Source: Rickettsiales bacterium
GTDB taxonomy: Bacteria; Pseudomonadota; Alphaproteobacteria; Rickettsiales; UBA1997
Direction of reading: 5' to 3'
Length of the DNA stretch: 34,968 nucleotides
NCBI GenBank assembly: GCA_009693885.1
Contig: SHWK01000001.1
Location: 1-34,968 of the forward strand
Made by a program: the position numbers and the translations under genes. The notes beneath the pieces were generated by a model. The model had not been told where the DNA came from. It was given only the letters and a program-made list of their open reading frames with translations, and searched no databases. Of this stretch, positions 26,352 to 34,968 are shown piece by piece; the stretch's first letter is position 1, and every line of letters starts with the position of its first letter.

Positions 26352-27074
26352 TTAATTAATAATTGTAAATTTGCCCTTACCCACAACCACGTTACACAAT
26401 GCATCTTCACCTTTAATAGAGAATACTATAATCGGCAATTTGTTATCTTTAGCAAGAGTAATCGCGGTTTGATCCATCACCTTTAAATCTTGTTTTAGCA
26501 CATCAATATATTTGATTTTATCATAATGCACCGCATTTTTATCGAGTTTAGGATCAGCAGAATAAACACCATCAACCTGCGTGCCTTTAAGAATAGCATC
26601 GCAGCCCATTTCTACAGCACGAAGAACTGATGCGGTATCTGTAGTAAAAAATGGATTGCCAGTTCCGGCGGTGAAAATTACAACACGGTTTTTTTCTAGA
26701 TGGCGGGCGGCACGGCGCTTAATATAAGGCTCGCAGATGTTGTTCATTTGAATTGCTGATTGCATGCGGGTATCAATCCCGAGCTTTTCTAGCGCACTTT
26801 GCAAGGCGATTCCGTTAATGCAAGTGGCCAACATTCCCATATAATCAGCACTGGCGCGCTCTATTCCAGCAGCGGCTTGTGATACTCCCCGAAAAATATT
26901 TCCACCTCCAACAACAACACAAATTTCGCAGCCCAACTTGTGAGCTGCGATAATTTGACTACATATTTTTTGAACAGCAACCGCATCATGACCAAAACCC
27001 TTATCTCCCATCATCGCTTCACCAGAAACTTTGAAGAGGATTCTTTTAAATTTTAGATCAGATTTAGTTGGCAT
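26352..27074 (-). CDS. pyrH: UMP kinase
   Basis: 240 aa. RILFKVSGEA, VVGGGNIFRG, DYMGMLATCINGIALQ, FTAGTGNPFFTTDTA, GVYSADP blocks. Confidence 0.95.
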   Translation of the reverse strand: MPTKSDLKFKRILFKVSGEAMMGDKGFGHDAVAVQKICSQIIAAHKLGCEICVVVGGGNIFRGVSQAAAGIERASADYMGMLATCINGIALQSALEKLGIDTRMQSAIQMNNICEPYIKRRAARHLEKNRVVIFTAGTGNPFFTTDTASVLRAVEMGCDAILKGTQVDGVYSADPKLDKNAVHYDKIKYIDVLKQDLKVMDQTAITLAKDNKLPIIVFSIKGEDALCNVVVGKGKFTIIN

Positions 27075-27168
27075 GAAATAATGAATTTAAGATTTCTTTG
27101 GCCCTTTGATGCCAAAATTTATTTTCGCCTTTAAAAGCACTAAAAATATACAAAAAAAATTCGATTAG

Positions 27169-28083
27169 CTAGCGAGTCATTGACGCAACTTCTGCCGCAA
27201 AATCATTTTCTTTTTTATCAATACCTTCACCAAGTATAAAAAGTTTAAACCCAGTGATTTTAGTATCGCTATTTTCTTTGCTAAATTTTGTAAGTAAATC
27301 TTTGATTTTCATTTTGTCATCCATCACAAAAAGCTGCTCAAGAAGAACGACTTCTTCGTAATATTTTCTGATTCTACCTTCGATCATTTTATCAATGATG
27401 CTTTCAGGCTTGCCAGAAGCGCGTGCCTGATCTTTTAAAACATCTGTTTCTCTTTTTAATTTTTCTGGCTCAACTGATTCAATACTAAGAGAATCGGGTT
27501 TTGCTGCCGCAATATGCATTGCAATTAATTTGCCAAATTCTGCTAATTTATCCGCAGAAACGTCAGATTCAAGAGCAACCAGAACTGCAATTTTACCCAT
27601 ATTTGCTGATACTGAATTATGAACATAACTAACAACTGCGCCATTTGTAACTTGCAGAGAATCAATTCTTCTAACATTGATGTTCTCACCAATAACGCCG
27701 ATTTGACCTTTAACTTCTTCATCAACTGAAATGCTTTTTCCAACAAAAGTAGAAGCTTTGAATTTTTCGATATCGCCGCCAAAGTTAATTGCGCTTTTAG
27801 CTAAAATAGCTACAAAATCTTGAAATTTTTGATTGCGAGCAACAAAATCTGTTTCAGAGTTGACTTCAATGATTCCAGCTTTTTTGCCTTCAACAAGAAC
27901 AGCAACAAGCCCTTCAGAAGTAACGCGTCCGCTTTTTTTAACTGCTGAGGAAAGACCTTTTTTGCGCAACCAATCAACTGATTTTTCAAAATCATCTTGG
28001 CATTCAGCCAAAGCTTTATTGCAATCTGCAATGCCGCATCCTGTAGCTTCGCGAAGTTTTTTAATTAAGTTTAAGTCTGCCAT
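27169..28083 (-). CDS. tsf: Translation elongation factor Ts
   Basis: 304 aa. LIKKLREATGCGIADCNKAL UBA-like N-terminus, SETDFVARN, and a conserved position between rpsB and pyrH. Confidence 0.95.
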   Translation of the reverse strand: MADLNLIKKLREATGCGIADCNKALAECQDDFEKSVDWLRKKGLSSAVKKSGRVTSEGLVAVLVEGKKAGIIEVNSETDFVARNQKFQDFVAILAKSAINFGGDIEKFKASTFVGKSISVDEEVKGQIGVIGENINVRRIDSLQVTNGAVVSYVHNSVSANMGKIAVLVALESDVSADKLAEFGKLIAMHIAAAKPDSLSIESVEPEKLKRETDVLKDQARASGKPESIIDKMIEGRIRKYYEEVVLLEQLFVMDDKMKIKDLLTKFSKENSDTKITGFKLFILGEGIDKKENDFAAEVASMTR

Positions 28084-28150
28084 ATATTTAAGTGATTAGA
28101 TTAGTTATTTGTGTAGAAGCGCGATTTAACACGCCCCTACCCCAAGATAA

Positions 28151-29083
28151 TTATTTTTTTGTAGTTTTTTTTGCAGCTGGTTTTTTAGCTGGCTTTTCTT
28201 CAGATTTTTTTTCAGTTTTTACTTCTTCTGCTTTTTCAGCTGGAGTTTCTACTTTAGCTGCAACTTCTTTCTTTTTATCAGGCTTAGCATGATGAGTTTT
28301 TTTAACATCTGCAACAACGGCCGGACGCTTAACATCAGGAAGGGCGCCTTCTGCAACAGAGCTTAAATCAACACCAGCCGCAGCTAGGTTATCTCTAAGA
28401 CCAGCAACAATTGCATCAGAAATTAAATTGCAATAAAGTTTGATCGCTTTAGCAGAGTCGTCATTGCCAGGGATTGGATAAGTGATTCCATCTGGATTAG
28501 AGTTAGAATCTACAACTGCAATGATTGGAATGTTTAGTTTTCTAGCTTCATAGATTGCAAGATCTTCTTTGAAAGTGTCAATTACAAACACTAGATCAGG
28601 GTATCCGCCCATGTTTTTAATGCCGCCGAGAGCTTGTTCAAGCTTCAAACGCTTTCTTTCAAGAACCAATTTTTCTTTTTTATTGAAATCAATATCTGCG
28701 CCAGCAAGCTGTTCTTCAATTTTTTTCAATGTTTTGATTGATTGCGAAACTGTTTTCCAGTTAGTCAACATGCCACCTAACCATCTGTGGTTAACATAAT
28801 ATTGACCACATCTTTTTGCTGCTTCAGCAATTGTAGCCGATGCTTGTTTTTTAGTGGCAACGAACAAAATTCGGCCGTTATTTTTTGCAACTTCATTAAC
28901 TGTAACAAGCACTTTATATAGCATTGATGCTGTTTTGTTAAGATCGATAATGCTAATACCATTACGGTTTCCGTAGATGTATTTAGACATTTTAGTGTTG
29001 CGGCGCATGCTTTTATGGCCAAAGTGAACACCAGCTTCTAGAAGCTGTTTAATAGTAAATTTAGGTAAGTTATTTTTAGACAT
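28151..29083 (-). CDS. rpsB: 30S ribosomal protein S2 with a roughly 55-aa Lys/Ala/Glu/Pro-rich C-terminal extension
   Basis: 310 aa. LLEAGVHFGH, RWLGGMLTNW, PDLVFVIDT and VDSNSNPDGI blocks. The tail is ...KPDKKKEVAAKVETPAEKAEEVKTEKKSEEKPAKKPAAKKTTKK. Confidence 0.95.
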   Translation of the reverse strand: MSKNNLPKFTIKQLLEAGVHFGHKSMRRNTKMSKYIYGNRNGISIIDLNKTASMLYKVLVTVNEVAKNNGRILFVATKKQASATIAEAAKRCGQYYVNHRWLGGMLTNWKTVSQSIKTLKKIEEQLAGADIDFNKKEKLVLERKRLKLEQALGGIKNMGGYPDLVFVIDTFKEDLAIYEARKLNIPIIAVVDSNSNPDGITYPIPGNDDSAKAIKLYCNLISDAIVAGLRDNLAAAGVDLSSVAEGALPDVKRPAVVADVKKTHHAKPDKKKEVAAKVETPAEKAEEVKTEKKSEEKPAKKPAAKKTTKK

Positions 29084-29230
29084 AATTTAATTTTTAGTTG
29101 GTTAGTTACCAATAACAGCTAAATCGCTTAGACCCATAAGGGTTTGGCAACACCAATAGCGCTGAAAAAATCAGCCAGCTGTCATTGTGGCAATAAGTTA
29201 TTTTGGTCGATAAAAATCTGGTGGGCGCGG

Positions 29231-29258
29231 ATTATAGGCCCTATTTACAATAATTCAA
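29231..29258 (-). promoter_or_regulatory. Candidate sigma70-type promoter for rpsB-tsf-pyrH
   Basis: On the minus strand: TTGAAT (complement of 29253-29258), a 16-nt spacer, then TATAAT (complement of 29231-29236). This would give a leader of roughly 140 nt before the rpsB ATG. It is a motif match only. Confidence 0.45.
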
Positions 29259-29262
29259 GCAA

Positions 29263-29562
29263 TTATTCGACAATAAGTTTAGTCTGCTCTATTTGGTTTT
29301 GCAGCATTATCGGTTTGGTTGTTATTACGATAAAAATCAAACTAACGATTATAAGCAGAAAAGTTAAGAATAATATTATCACAAAACTACTGTTGCGCAG
29401 AGAAAAGGCCCCGATTTGCTCGTTTTTTGGTTTTTCATTTACAACCTTATATTCACCATCAATATAATCTTTTTTGCCATTCTTTTTAAAGACAAAAACC
29501 CAGATTATATAAATGATAATTGGCAGAAGTGCTGGCCATATTTTTAAAATAAATTTTAGCAT
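29263..29562 (-). CDS. Small membrane protein (99 aa, two hydrophobic segments)
   Basis: TM1 is IWPALLPIIIYIIWVFVF and TM2 is FVIILFLTFLLIIVSLIFIVI. It starts 3 nt after the zapE stop on the same strand. The competing plus-strand ORF was rejected. Confidence 0.55.
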   Translation of the reverse strand: MLKFILKIWPALLPIIIYIIWVFVFKKNGKKDYIDGEYKVVNEKPKNEQIGAFSLRNSSFVIILFLTFLLIIVSLIFIVITTKPIMLQNQIEQTKLIVE

Positions 29563-29565
29563 ATT

Positions 29566-30648
29566 TTATATTTTTTGGTTAGTAAATTTGCTTGCCTGCC
29601 AATATTCATCAGATTTGATTTCTTGTAGGCGTGAAATTGTGCGTGCTGAATAGCTCTCTCCTAGCTCATGGCCGTATATTTTTTCAATTTTAGTTTTTGC
29701 TGTTATGATTAAAGCAGTTTTATTTTCATAGATCTCATCAATAAAAAGCGTGAACCGACGTGATTCATTGCGATCTTCCTTGGTAAGAATTGGCAATTTT
29801 AGCAAAAATATCAAATCAAATTCTTGGGTAATGGCACGATAGTCTGAGGCAGCTAGCTCAACACGGCAAATATCATCAAAATTAATTACGGCAATTTTTT
29901 CAAAGGTTTTTTTGATTTTTACCTCACGACCCCAAACCTTTATTTGCTTGGCTTTTAATGGTTTATTTTGAGTAACATTAGTAATGATTTCTTGAACTTG
30001 CGCGCGATTATTTTGATTTGCAACAAAATATCTCTTGGTAATGCTTTGGCGGTATAGTGCGCGGTAATCAATAGCATTATCTAATTTAAAAATTTCACAA
30101 AATTTAAGCAAAATTTTATTAACAAATTCAAGAAAAACCTCGCGCTGAAGCCCGTTTTTGTAGAGATCACGCGGTGCAGAGTTGGAGGTAAAAATAACAA
30201 TAGTTTGTTTCTCAAATAGATAAGAAAAAATTCGCCCTAGAATCATCGCGTCAGCAATATCAAGCACTTGGAACTCATCGAAGCATAAAACCTTTTTATT
30301 ACCAACGACTCTTTTTACAGCCCAGATCAACTCATCTTGATATTTTTTCTTTTCATGACGAATATCTCGCAAAGCCTCATGTATAGAGTGCATGAAGCCA
30401 TTAAAATGAAAATAAATCTTTGAAGTTTTATCCAAAGAATCATAGAATTCTCGCATTAACATAGTTTTACCACAGCCTACAGAGCCATAGATATAAAGCC
30501 CCTGTGGCTGCAATTTTTTTGCTGCAAATATATTGCCCAAAAAACTCGCCTGAGAGTCATTATTTAGGCTCGAAGCTAGGTTTTGTAATTTTTGCTGCAA
30601 TTTTATTTGCGCCAAATCTAATAAAGTATTTTTTTTATCCTGAAGCAC
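29566..30648 (-). CDS. zapE: ZapE/AFG1-like ATPase
   Basis: 360 aa. Walker A GLYIYGSVGCGKTMLM, Walker B LCFDEFQVLDIADAMIL, TSN sensor (VIFTSNSAP), typical length. Confidence 0.88.
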   Translation of the reverse strand: MLQDKKNTLLDLAQIKLQQKLQNLASSLNNDSQASFLGNIFAAKKLQPQGLYIYGSVGCGKTMLMREFYDSLDKTSKIYFHFNGFMHSIHEALRDIRHEKKKYQDELIWAVKRVVGNKKVLCFDEFQVLDIADAMILGRIFSYLFEKQTIVIFTSNSAPRDLYKNGLQREVFLEFVNKILLKFCEIFKLDNAIDYRALYRQSITKRYFVANQNNRAQVQEIITNVTQNKPLKAKQIKVWGREVKIKKTFEKIAVINFDDICRVELAASDYRAITQEFDLIFLLKLPILTKEDRNESRRFTLFIDEIYENKTALIITAKTKIEKIYGHELGESYSARTISRLQEIKSDEYWQASKFTNQKI

Positions 30649-30731
30649 TTTTAAATTGATTCGTAAATTTATATTTTTATCATCGCCACTTGTATTTGCT
30701 TAACAAGCCATTCTAACGAAGTAATCACAAA

Positions 30732-32201
30732 ATGATCAACAGTTTTCCTATTTTATCGTTAATTACTTTTTTGCCAATTGCAGCCGCGATTTTATTGCTG
30801 CCATTAAAAAGCAAAAATTATAAAAATTTTTATTATTTTGGACTTTTAATTAGCTTAGTTACTTTTGTATTATCAATTAAGTTACTCTTTTCTTTTGATA
30901 AATCCAGCGCTGATTTTCAATTCGTAGAAATCTTTAGAATCCTAGAAGGTAAAGCCTTCCAATACCATATGGGAATCGATGGAATTTCAATTTTATTGAT
31001 TATTCTTACCACTTTTTTAATACCTATTTGTTTAGCAATTAGCATTAATTCTATAACCAATCGCGTTAAAGAATATGTGATCTGCTTCTTGCTGCTAGAA
31101 GGCTTCACCATTGGTTCGTTTTGTGCAATAGATCTATTATTATTCTATGTTTTATTCGAAGCGATGTTGATCCCAATGTTTTTAATAATTGGCATTTGGG
31201 GCGGCCAGCAAAGGATCTACGCCTCTTACAAATTTTTTCTTTATACACTTTTTGGATCAGTTTTATTTTTGGTTGCCATTATCTATATATATGTAACAAC
31301 TGGCTCAACCGATATTAATGTTCTCAAAGATCTATTGCCGCAGCTTGTTTTAGAGCATCAAAAATGGCTCTGGTTGGCTTTCTTTGTATCTTTTGCCATC
31401 AAAGTGCCAATGTTTCCATTTCACACTTGGCTTCCCGATGCCCATGTGCAGGCTCCTACCGCTGGTTCAGTAATTTTAGCGGGGATTTTAATCAAGATTG
31501 GAGCCTACGCAATGCTGCGTTTCTCTTTGCCATTTTTTCCGCAAGCATCTGAATATTTTGCTAATTTAGTTTTTGCTTTAAGTATTATTGCTATAATTTA
31601 TGCATCTTTGGTTGCCTTGATGCAAGAAGATATGAAGAAGATGATTGCCTACTCTTCCGTGGCTCACATGGGTTTTGTAACAATGGGGATTTTCAGTTTT
31701 ACTCGCCAAGGAATCGATGGCGCAGTTATGCAAATGATTAGTCACGGCTTGGTTTCTGCGGCATTATTCATGTGCGTTGGTGTAATTTACGAACGCCTGC
31801 ACACCAAGCAAATAGGCGATCTAGGTGGCATCGTACAAAAAATGCCCAACTTTGCTTTATTAGCGATGATCTTCACCATGGGTTCAGTTGGGTTGCCAGG
31901 AACCAGCGGTTTCGTTGGTGAATTTTTAGCAATAATCGGAACATTCCAAGCTAACAAAATCGTTGCAATCCTTTCAACCATTGGCGTAGTGCTTGGAGCT
32001 TGTTACATGCTGTGGCTTTACAAACGCGTTTTATTCGGTGAAATCACCAATGCTAAAATCGAAAAATTACATGATTTAAACGCGATAGAATTAATTTCAC
32101 TAAGTGCCATCGCCTTACTTGTAGTATTGTTCGGTATCATGCCAAATTTGCTTTTAAGCTATTTTGCACAACCAGTAATTTTGTTAGTTGCTTTGTTTTA
32201 A
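30732..32201 (+). CDS. nuoM: NADH-quinone oxidoreductase subunit M
   Basis: 489 aa, about 14 TM. Blocks: GIDGISILLIILT, FYVLFEAMLIPMFLIIGIWGG, KVPMFPFHTWLPDAHVQAPTAGSVILAGILIK, IAYSSVAHMGF. Confidence 0.93.
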   Translation: MINSFPILSLITFLPIAAAILLLPLKSKNYKNFYYFGLLISLVTFVLSIKLLFSFDKSSADFQFVEIFRILEGKAFQYHMGIDGISILLIILTTFLIPICLAISINSITNRVKEYVICFLLLEGFTIGSFCAIDLLLFYVLFEAMLIPMFLIIGIWGGQQRIYASYKFFLYTLFGSVLFLVAIIYIYVTTGSTDINVLKDLLPQLVLEHQKWLWLAFFVSFAIKVPMFPFHTWLPDAHVQAPTAGSVILAGILIKIGAYAMLRFSLPFFPQASEYFANLVFALSIIAIIYASLVALMQEDMKKMIAYSSVAHMGFVTMGIFSFTRQGIDGAVMQMISHGLVSAALFMCVGVIYERLHTKQIGDLGGIVQKMPNFALLAMIFTMGSVGLPGTSGFVGEFLAIIGTFQANKIVAILSTIGVVLGACYMLWLYKRVLFGEITNAKIEKLHDLNAIELISLSAIALLVVLFGIMPNLLLSYFAQPVILLVALF

Positions 32202-32246
32202 CTTATAAATTTTTTTAAATAAAATTTTAACCAACATTAAACAGCC

Positions 32247-33716
32247 ATGTTTTTACCAGCACTATATCCAGAATTAGCTCTATTTTGTGGCGCATTAATC
32301 ATCTTGATGAGTGATGTTTTTTTTGCTAAAAACAAGCCAGAATTTTTTCGCGCTTCTTACTTAATAGCACTACTTTCATGCCTAGCCTCCCTATATTTTA
32401 CAGCACATAATACATTTATCGTGGGATCTTTTTTTCATGGCATGTTTTTTATTAATTCATTCACTTGTTTTATAAAATTTGTTACGGTTATTTTATTAAT
32501 TTTTGTAATTATTTTGTCATTAGGATTTCTCGCTAAAGAAAAAGAAATCAGCGCTGAATTTCTTGCTTTATTAATGATATCAACTTGCGGTGGAATGTTC
32601 TTAATTTCTGCTAATGATTTTTTAACATTCTATTTAAGCTTAGAGCTACAAGCATTGCCGCTATATTTATTAGCATCAATGAACCGCAAATCTGGCAAAT
32701 CTTCAGAGAGTGGAATGAAATATTTTATTCTTGGATCAGTAGCTTCTGGTCTACTACTTCTAGGAATTTCATTATTTTATGGATTTTCAGGAACAACAAA
32801 TTTTGATGTAGCAACCTATCTTTACAGCGCTAATCCAGTGCCTCCAGCAGTTATTCTAGGGTTCTTACTAATCATTATTGCAATGTTTTTCAAAATATCT
32901 GCCGCACCTTTTCATATGTGGACACCCGATGTTTATGAAGGCTCCAACACAATCGTTACAACTTTTTTTGCTACTGTCACAAAATTTATTGCAACCATGG
33001 TTTTATTGCGCTTATTTCTTGATTTATCACCAAGTTGGCTCGGGATGGAAAAGGTCTTAATCCTTGTAGCCATCACTTCAATGGCCGTTGGAAGTTTTGG
33101 CGCGATCAAACAAAATAACATCAAGCGTCTATTAGCTTATAGCTCGATTGGCCATGTCGGCTTTGTAGTTTTTGCCCTTTCGGCTCTAAGCCCCGATGGC
33201 ATCAAAGCTTGCGTTATTTATATGCTAATTTACGCAGTTCTATCCCTTGGAAATTTCGGATTTTTAAATTTAATTCTCGGATTAAAAAATAGCACTCAGG
33301 CTTCTGGCGCTTGCGATGAATCTGATAATAAAATTTTTAATATTTCTTCTTTTTCTGGTCTAGCTAAAACCAATCCATTGATGGCAGCTTTTCTAACAAT
33401 TCTGATGTTTTCAACTGCAGGAATTCCACCACTGGCAGGGTTTTTCTCAAAATTTTATGTTATCGCCGCTACCGTAAAATCAGGCTATTACATCACTTCA
33501 ATTATCGCCGTTTTATTTAGCGTAATTAGCGCTTTCTACTATTTGCGATTAGTAAAAGTTATGTATTTTGATGATGTCAAAGAAGATCAACAGCTAGTAT
33601 TTATCGATAGATTTAATCCAAAGCTCGTTATTGCCTTTGTTATAGCTTTTAACTTGATCTTTCTTGCCTTTATGAAGCCTTTGATTACAACGGTAGAATC
33701 TATGTTAGGATTTTAA
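32247..33716 (+). CDS. nuoN: NADH-quinone oxidoreductase subunit N
   Basis: 489 aa polytopic protein. Blocks: LSLELQALPLY, ESGMKYFILGSVASG, KISAAPFHMWTPDVYEG, LLAYSSIGHVGF. It immediately follows nuoM. Confidence 0.92.
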   Translation: MFLPALYPELALFCGALIILMSDVFFAKNKPEFFRASYLIALLSCLASLYFTAHNTFIVGSFFHGMFFINSFTCFIKFVTVILLIFVIILSLGFLAKEKEISAEFLALLMISTCGGMFLISANDFLTFYLSLELQALPLYLLASMNRKSGKSSESGMKYFILGSVASGLLLLGISLFYGFSGTTNFDVATYLYSANPVPPAVILGFLLIIIAMFFKISAAPFHMWTPDVYEGSNTIVTTFFATVTKFIATMVLLRLFLDLSPSWLGMEKVLILVAITSMAVGSFGAIKQNNIKRLLAYSSIGHVGFVVFALSALSPDGIKACVIYMLIYAVLSLGNFGFLNLILGLKNSTQASGACDESDNKIFNISSFSGLAKTNPLMAAFLTILMFSTAGIPPLAGFFSKFYVIAATVKSGYYITSIIAVLFSVISAFYYLRLVKVMYFDDVKEDQQLVFIDRFNPKLVIAFVIAFNLIFLAFMKPLITTVESMLGF

Positions 33717-33764
33717 GGATAAATTAATATCTCCTCACCTTCTTTTGATATGTTTTTTCTTTAC

Positions 33765-34968
33765 TTATTTCAATAGATCATCACGCTGCAGCTTAAAATC
33801 GCTCTCTATCCATCTTTTTTTTGCTTGCAGCAAAGCCTTGCCGATATCTTTTCCCAAGATCCCGCGCTCTATAAAATCATCGCCATTAATAGGAAAATTC
33901 GGTAGAGAAAAATCATCAATAATTTTTAATAATTTTTGCGCCTCATTTTTTGCAAAAGAATTTTGTGATAAGTTTAGCAAATAAACATCGCGCACAAAAT
34001 CTTTTTCTTCAAAAACTAATAAGCTGCGCAACGCTTGGTAATCAAGGACCGGTGTGGTTTGATAAGTTTTGATAAGAAATCTAAAATATTCTTTTTCGTG
34101 ATTTGAAAAATTTAAGCGCAACAGAATTTCTTCTAGATCAATATTGCGATCAAGCACTAATGCCGCAAACTTAATATGACTAGAAAGCTTGATTTTAAAG
34201 GATTCTTCAAGCTCTAATAATTTTTGTAAATTAACAATTTGTAACTTAGCAGAAAATATTTGAGCTGCAATTCCACAATTTTCTAACGCCTCAAAAATCC
34301 ATATTATTTTTTTATTTTCAGCCGCTATAAAAGTTTTAAAAATTTCATTTCTGATGCGATCTGATGATAATGATTTAATACCATTTTTATTAGCAATACA
34401 GGCTTGCAAACCCTTATCATCAAGCTCTAACGCATATCTACAGCTAAAGCGAAAAAAGCGCAGAATACGCAAAAAATCTTCCTCGATTCTTTGTGAGGCA
34501 TCTCCAATAAATCGTACCTTGCCAGATTTTAAATCAGAGTTTCCATCAAAATAATCATACACCACACCTTCGCTATCAAGATAAAGTGCGTTCATTGTAA
34601 AATCACGACGCGCAGCATCAAAAAAATAATCATCAATAAATTCTGGTTCACAATGACGACCGTCATGCTCATTATCCTTACGCAGAGTAGTGATCTCAAA
34701 ATGTTTATGATTAATAACGGCGGTGATGGTGCCAAATTTTATTCCAGTAGGAACGGCATGAATATTATTTTCTGCTAAAATTTCCATTGTTTCTTGCGGC
34801 AAAAATTTAGTAGCAAAATCAAAATCTTTCGCTTCAAAACCTAAAAGCATATCTCTTACACAGCCGCCAACCAAGCGGATTTCATCACCATTGAGCTTTT
34901 TATTTTTTAAAAAAACTGCAAAAATTTGCTCAACTTCACGAGGAAGATTTTTAATTAAATCTGGATTA
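33765..34968 (-). CDS. CCA tRNA nucleotidyltransferase / poly(A) polymerase family protein (5' end beyond the window)
   Basis: GGCVRDMLLG head-domain motif, DFDFAT, and RRDFTMNAL. The frame stays open upstream of the listed TTG to the window edge (…NPDLIKNLPREVEQIFAVFLKNKKLNGDEIRLVGGCVRD), so the true start lies outside the window. Confidence 0.85.
   Translation of the reverse strand, partial: NPDLIKNLPREVEQIFAVFLKNKKLNGDEIRLVGGCVRDMLLGFEAKDFDFATKFLPQETMEILAENNIHAVPTGIKFGTITAVINHKHFEITTLRKDNEHDGRHCEPEFIDDYFFDAARRDFTMNALYLDSEGVVYDYFDGNSDLKSGKVRFIGDASQRIEEDFLRILRFFRFSCRYALELDDKGLQACIANKNGIKSLSSDRIRNEIFKTFIAAENKKIIWIFEALENCGIAAQIFSAKLQIVNLQKLLELEESFKIKLSSHIKFAALVLDRNIDLEEILLRLNFSNHEKEYFRFLIKTYQTTPVLDYQALRSLLVFEEKDFVRDVYLLNLSQNSFAKNEAQKLLKIIDDFSLPNFPINGDDFIERGILGKDIGKALLQAKKRWIESDFKLQRDDLLK

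Noticed and set aside
29144-29467. Plus-strand 107-aa ORF upstream of rpsB
   Set aside because: It overlaps the minus-strand 99-aa ORF, which has two clean TM segments and sits 3 nt after zapE. It also runs through the predicted rpsB promoter and leader, so it is likely a chance frame.
1-34968. Searched for CRISPR arrays, IS elements or transposases, integrases, prophage genes, toxin-antitoxin pairs and rRNA
   Set aside because: No regularly spaced direct repeats, no terminal inverted repeats flanking an ORF, and no DDE, tyrosine-recombinase or phage structural motifs were noticed. Remaining short ORFs in the track lie antisense or out of frame within well-supported genes.

Overview
Densely packed, visibly AT-rich (about one-third G+C by eye) bacterial chromosomal window. 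I support about 36 protein genes and one tRNA. Gene content points to an alphaproteobacterium with a moderately reduced genome, possibly Rickettsiales/Holosporales-like; this is inference from fixNOQ-type cbb3 oxidase, nuoMN, zapE, pepA and the mlaA/mlaC pair. Most of the window is housekeeping: pepA, ccoNOQ, kbl, thiL, surA/ctpA, tyrA, ispG, mlaA/mlaC, mnmE, argC, yebC, pyrH-tsf-rpsB, zapE, nuoM/nuoN and a CCA/poly(A) nucleotidyltransferase cut by the right edge. No transposases, phage genes, CRISPR arrays or rRNA were seen. The standout is a compact three-gene cassette at 7598-9554. It has a 95-aa Cys-containing, Lys-rich peptide with a lipoprotein signal, then a DUF692-type multinuclear non-heme iron oxidase (MNIO; MbnB/HvfB/BufB family), then a translationally coupled DUF2063 partner (HvfC/BufC-like). 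That is the architecture of bufferin/Hvf-type ribosomally synthesised and post-translationally modified peptide (RiPP) metallophores. Its precursor fits neither described class and appears lipid-anchored, and it lies about 2 kb from the copper-dependent cbb3 oxidase genes. Secondary observations: an unlisted ccoQ with a decayed tandem duplication of its 3' end and no ccoP; an unlisted 55-aa Cys lipoprotein heading an envelope operon; an orphan 339-aa low-complexity protein beside tRNA-Lys; and an orphan AlgX/AlgJ-like gene coupled to yebC.
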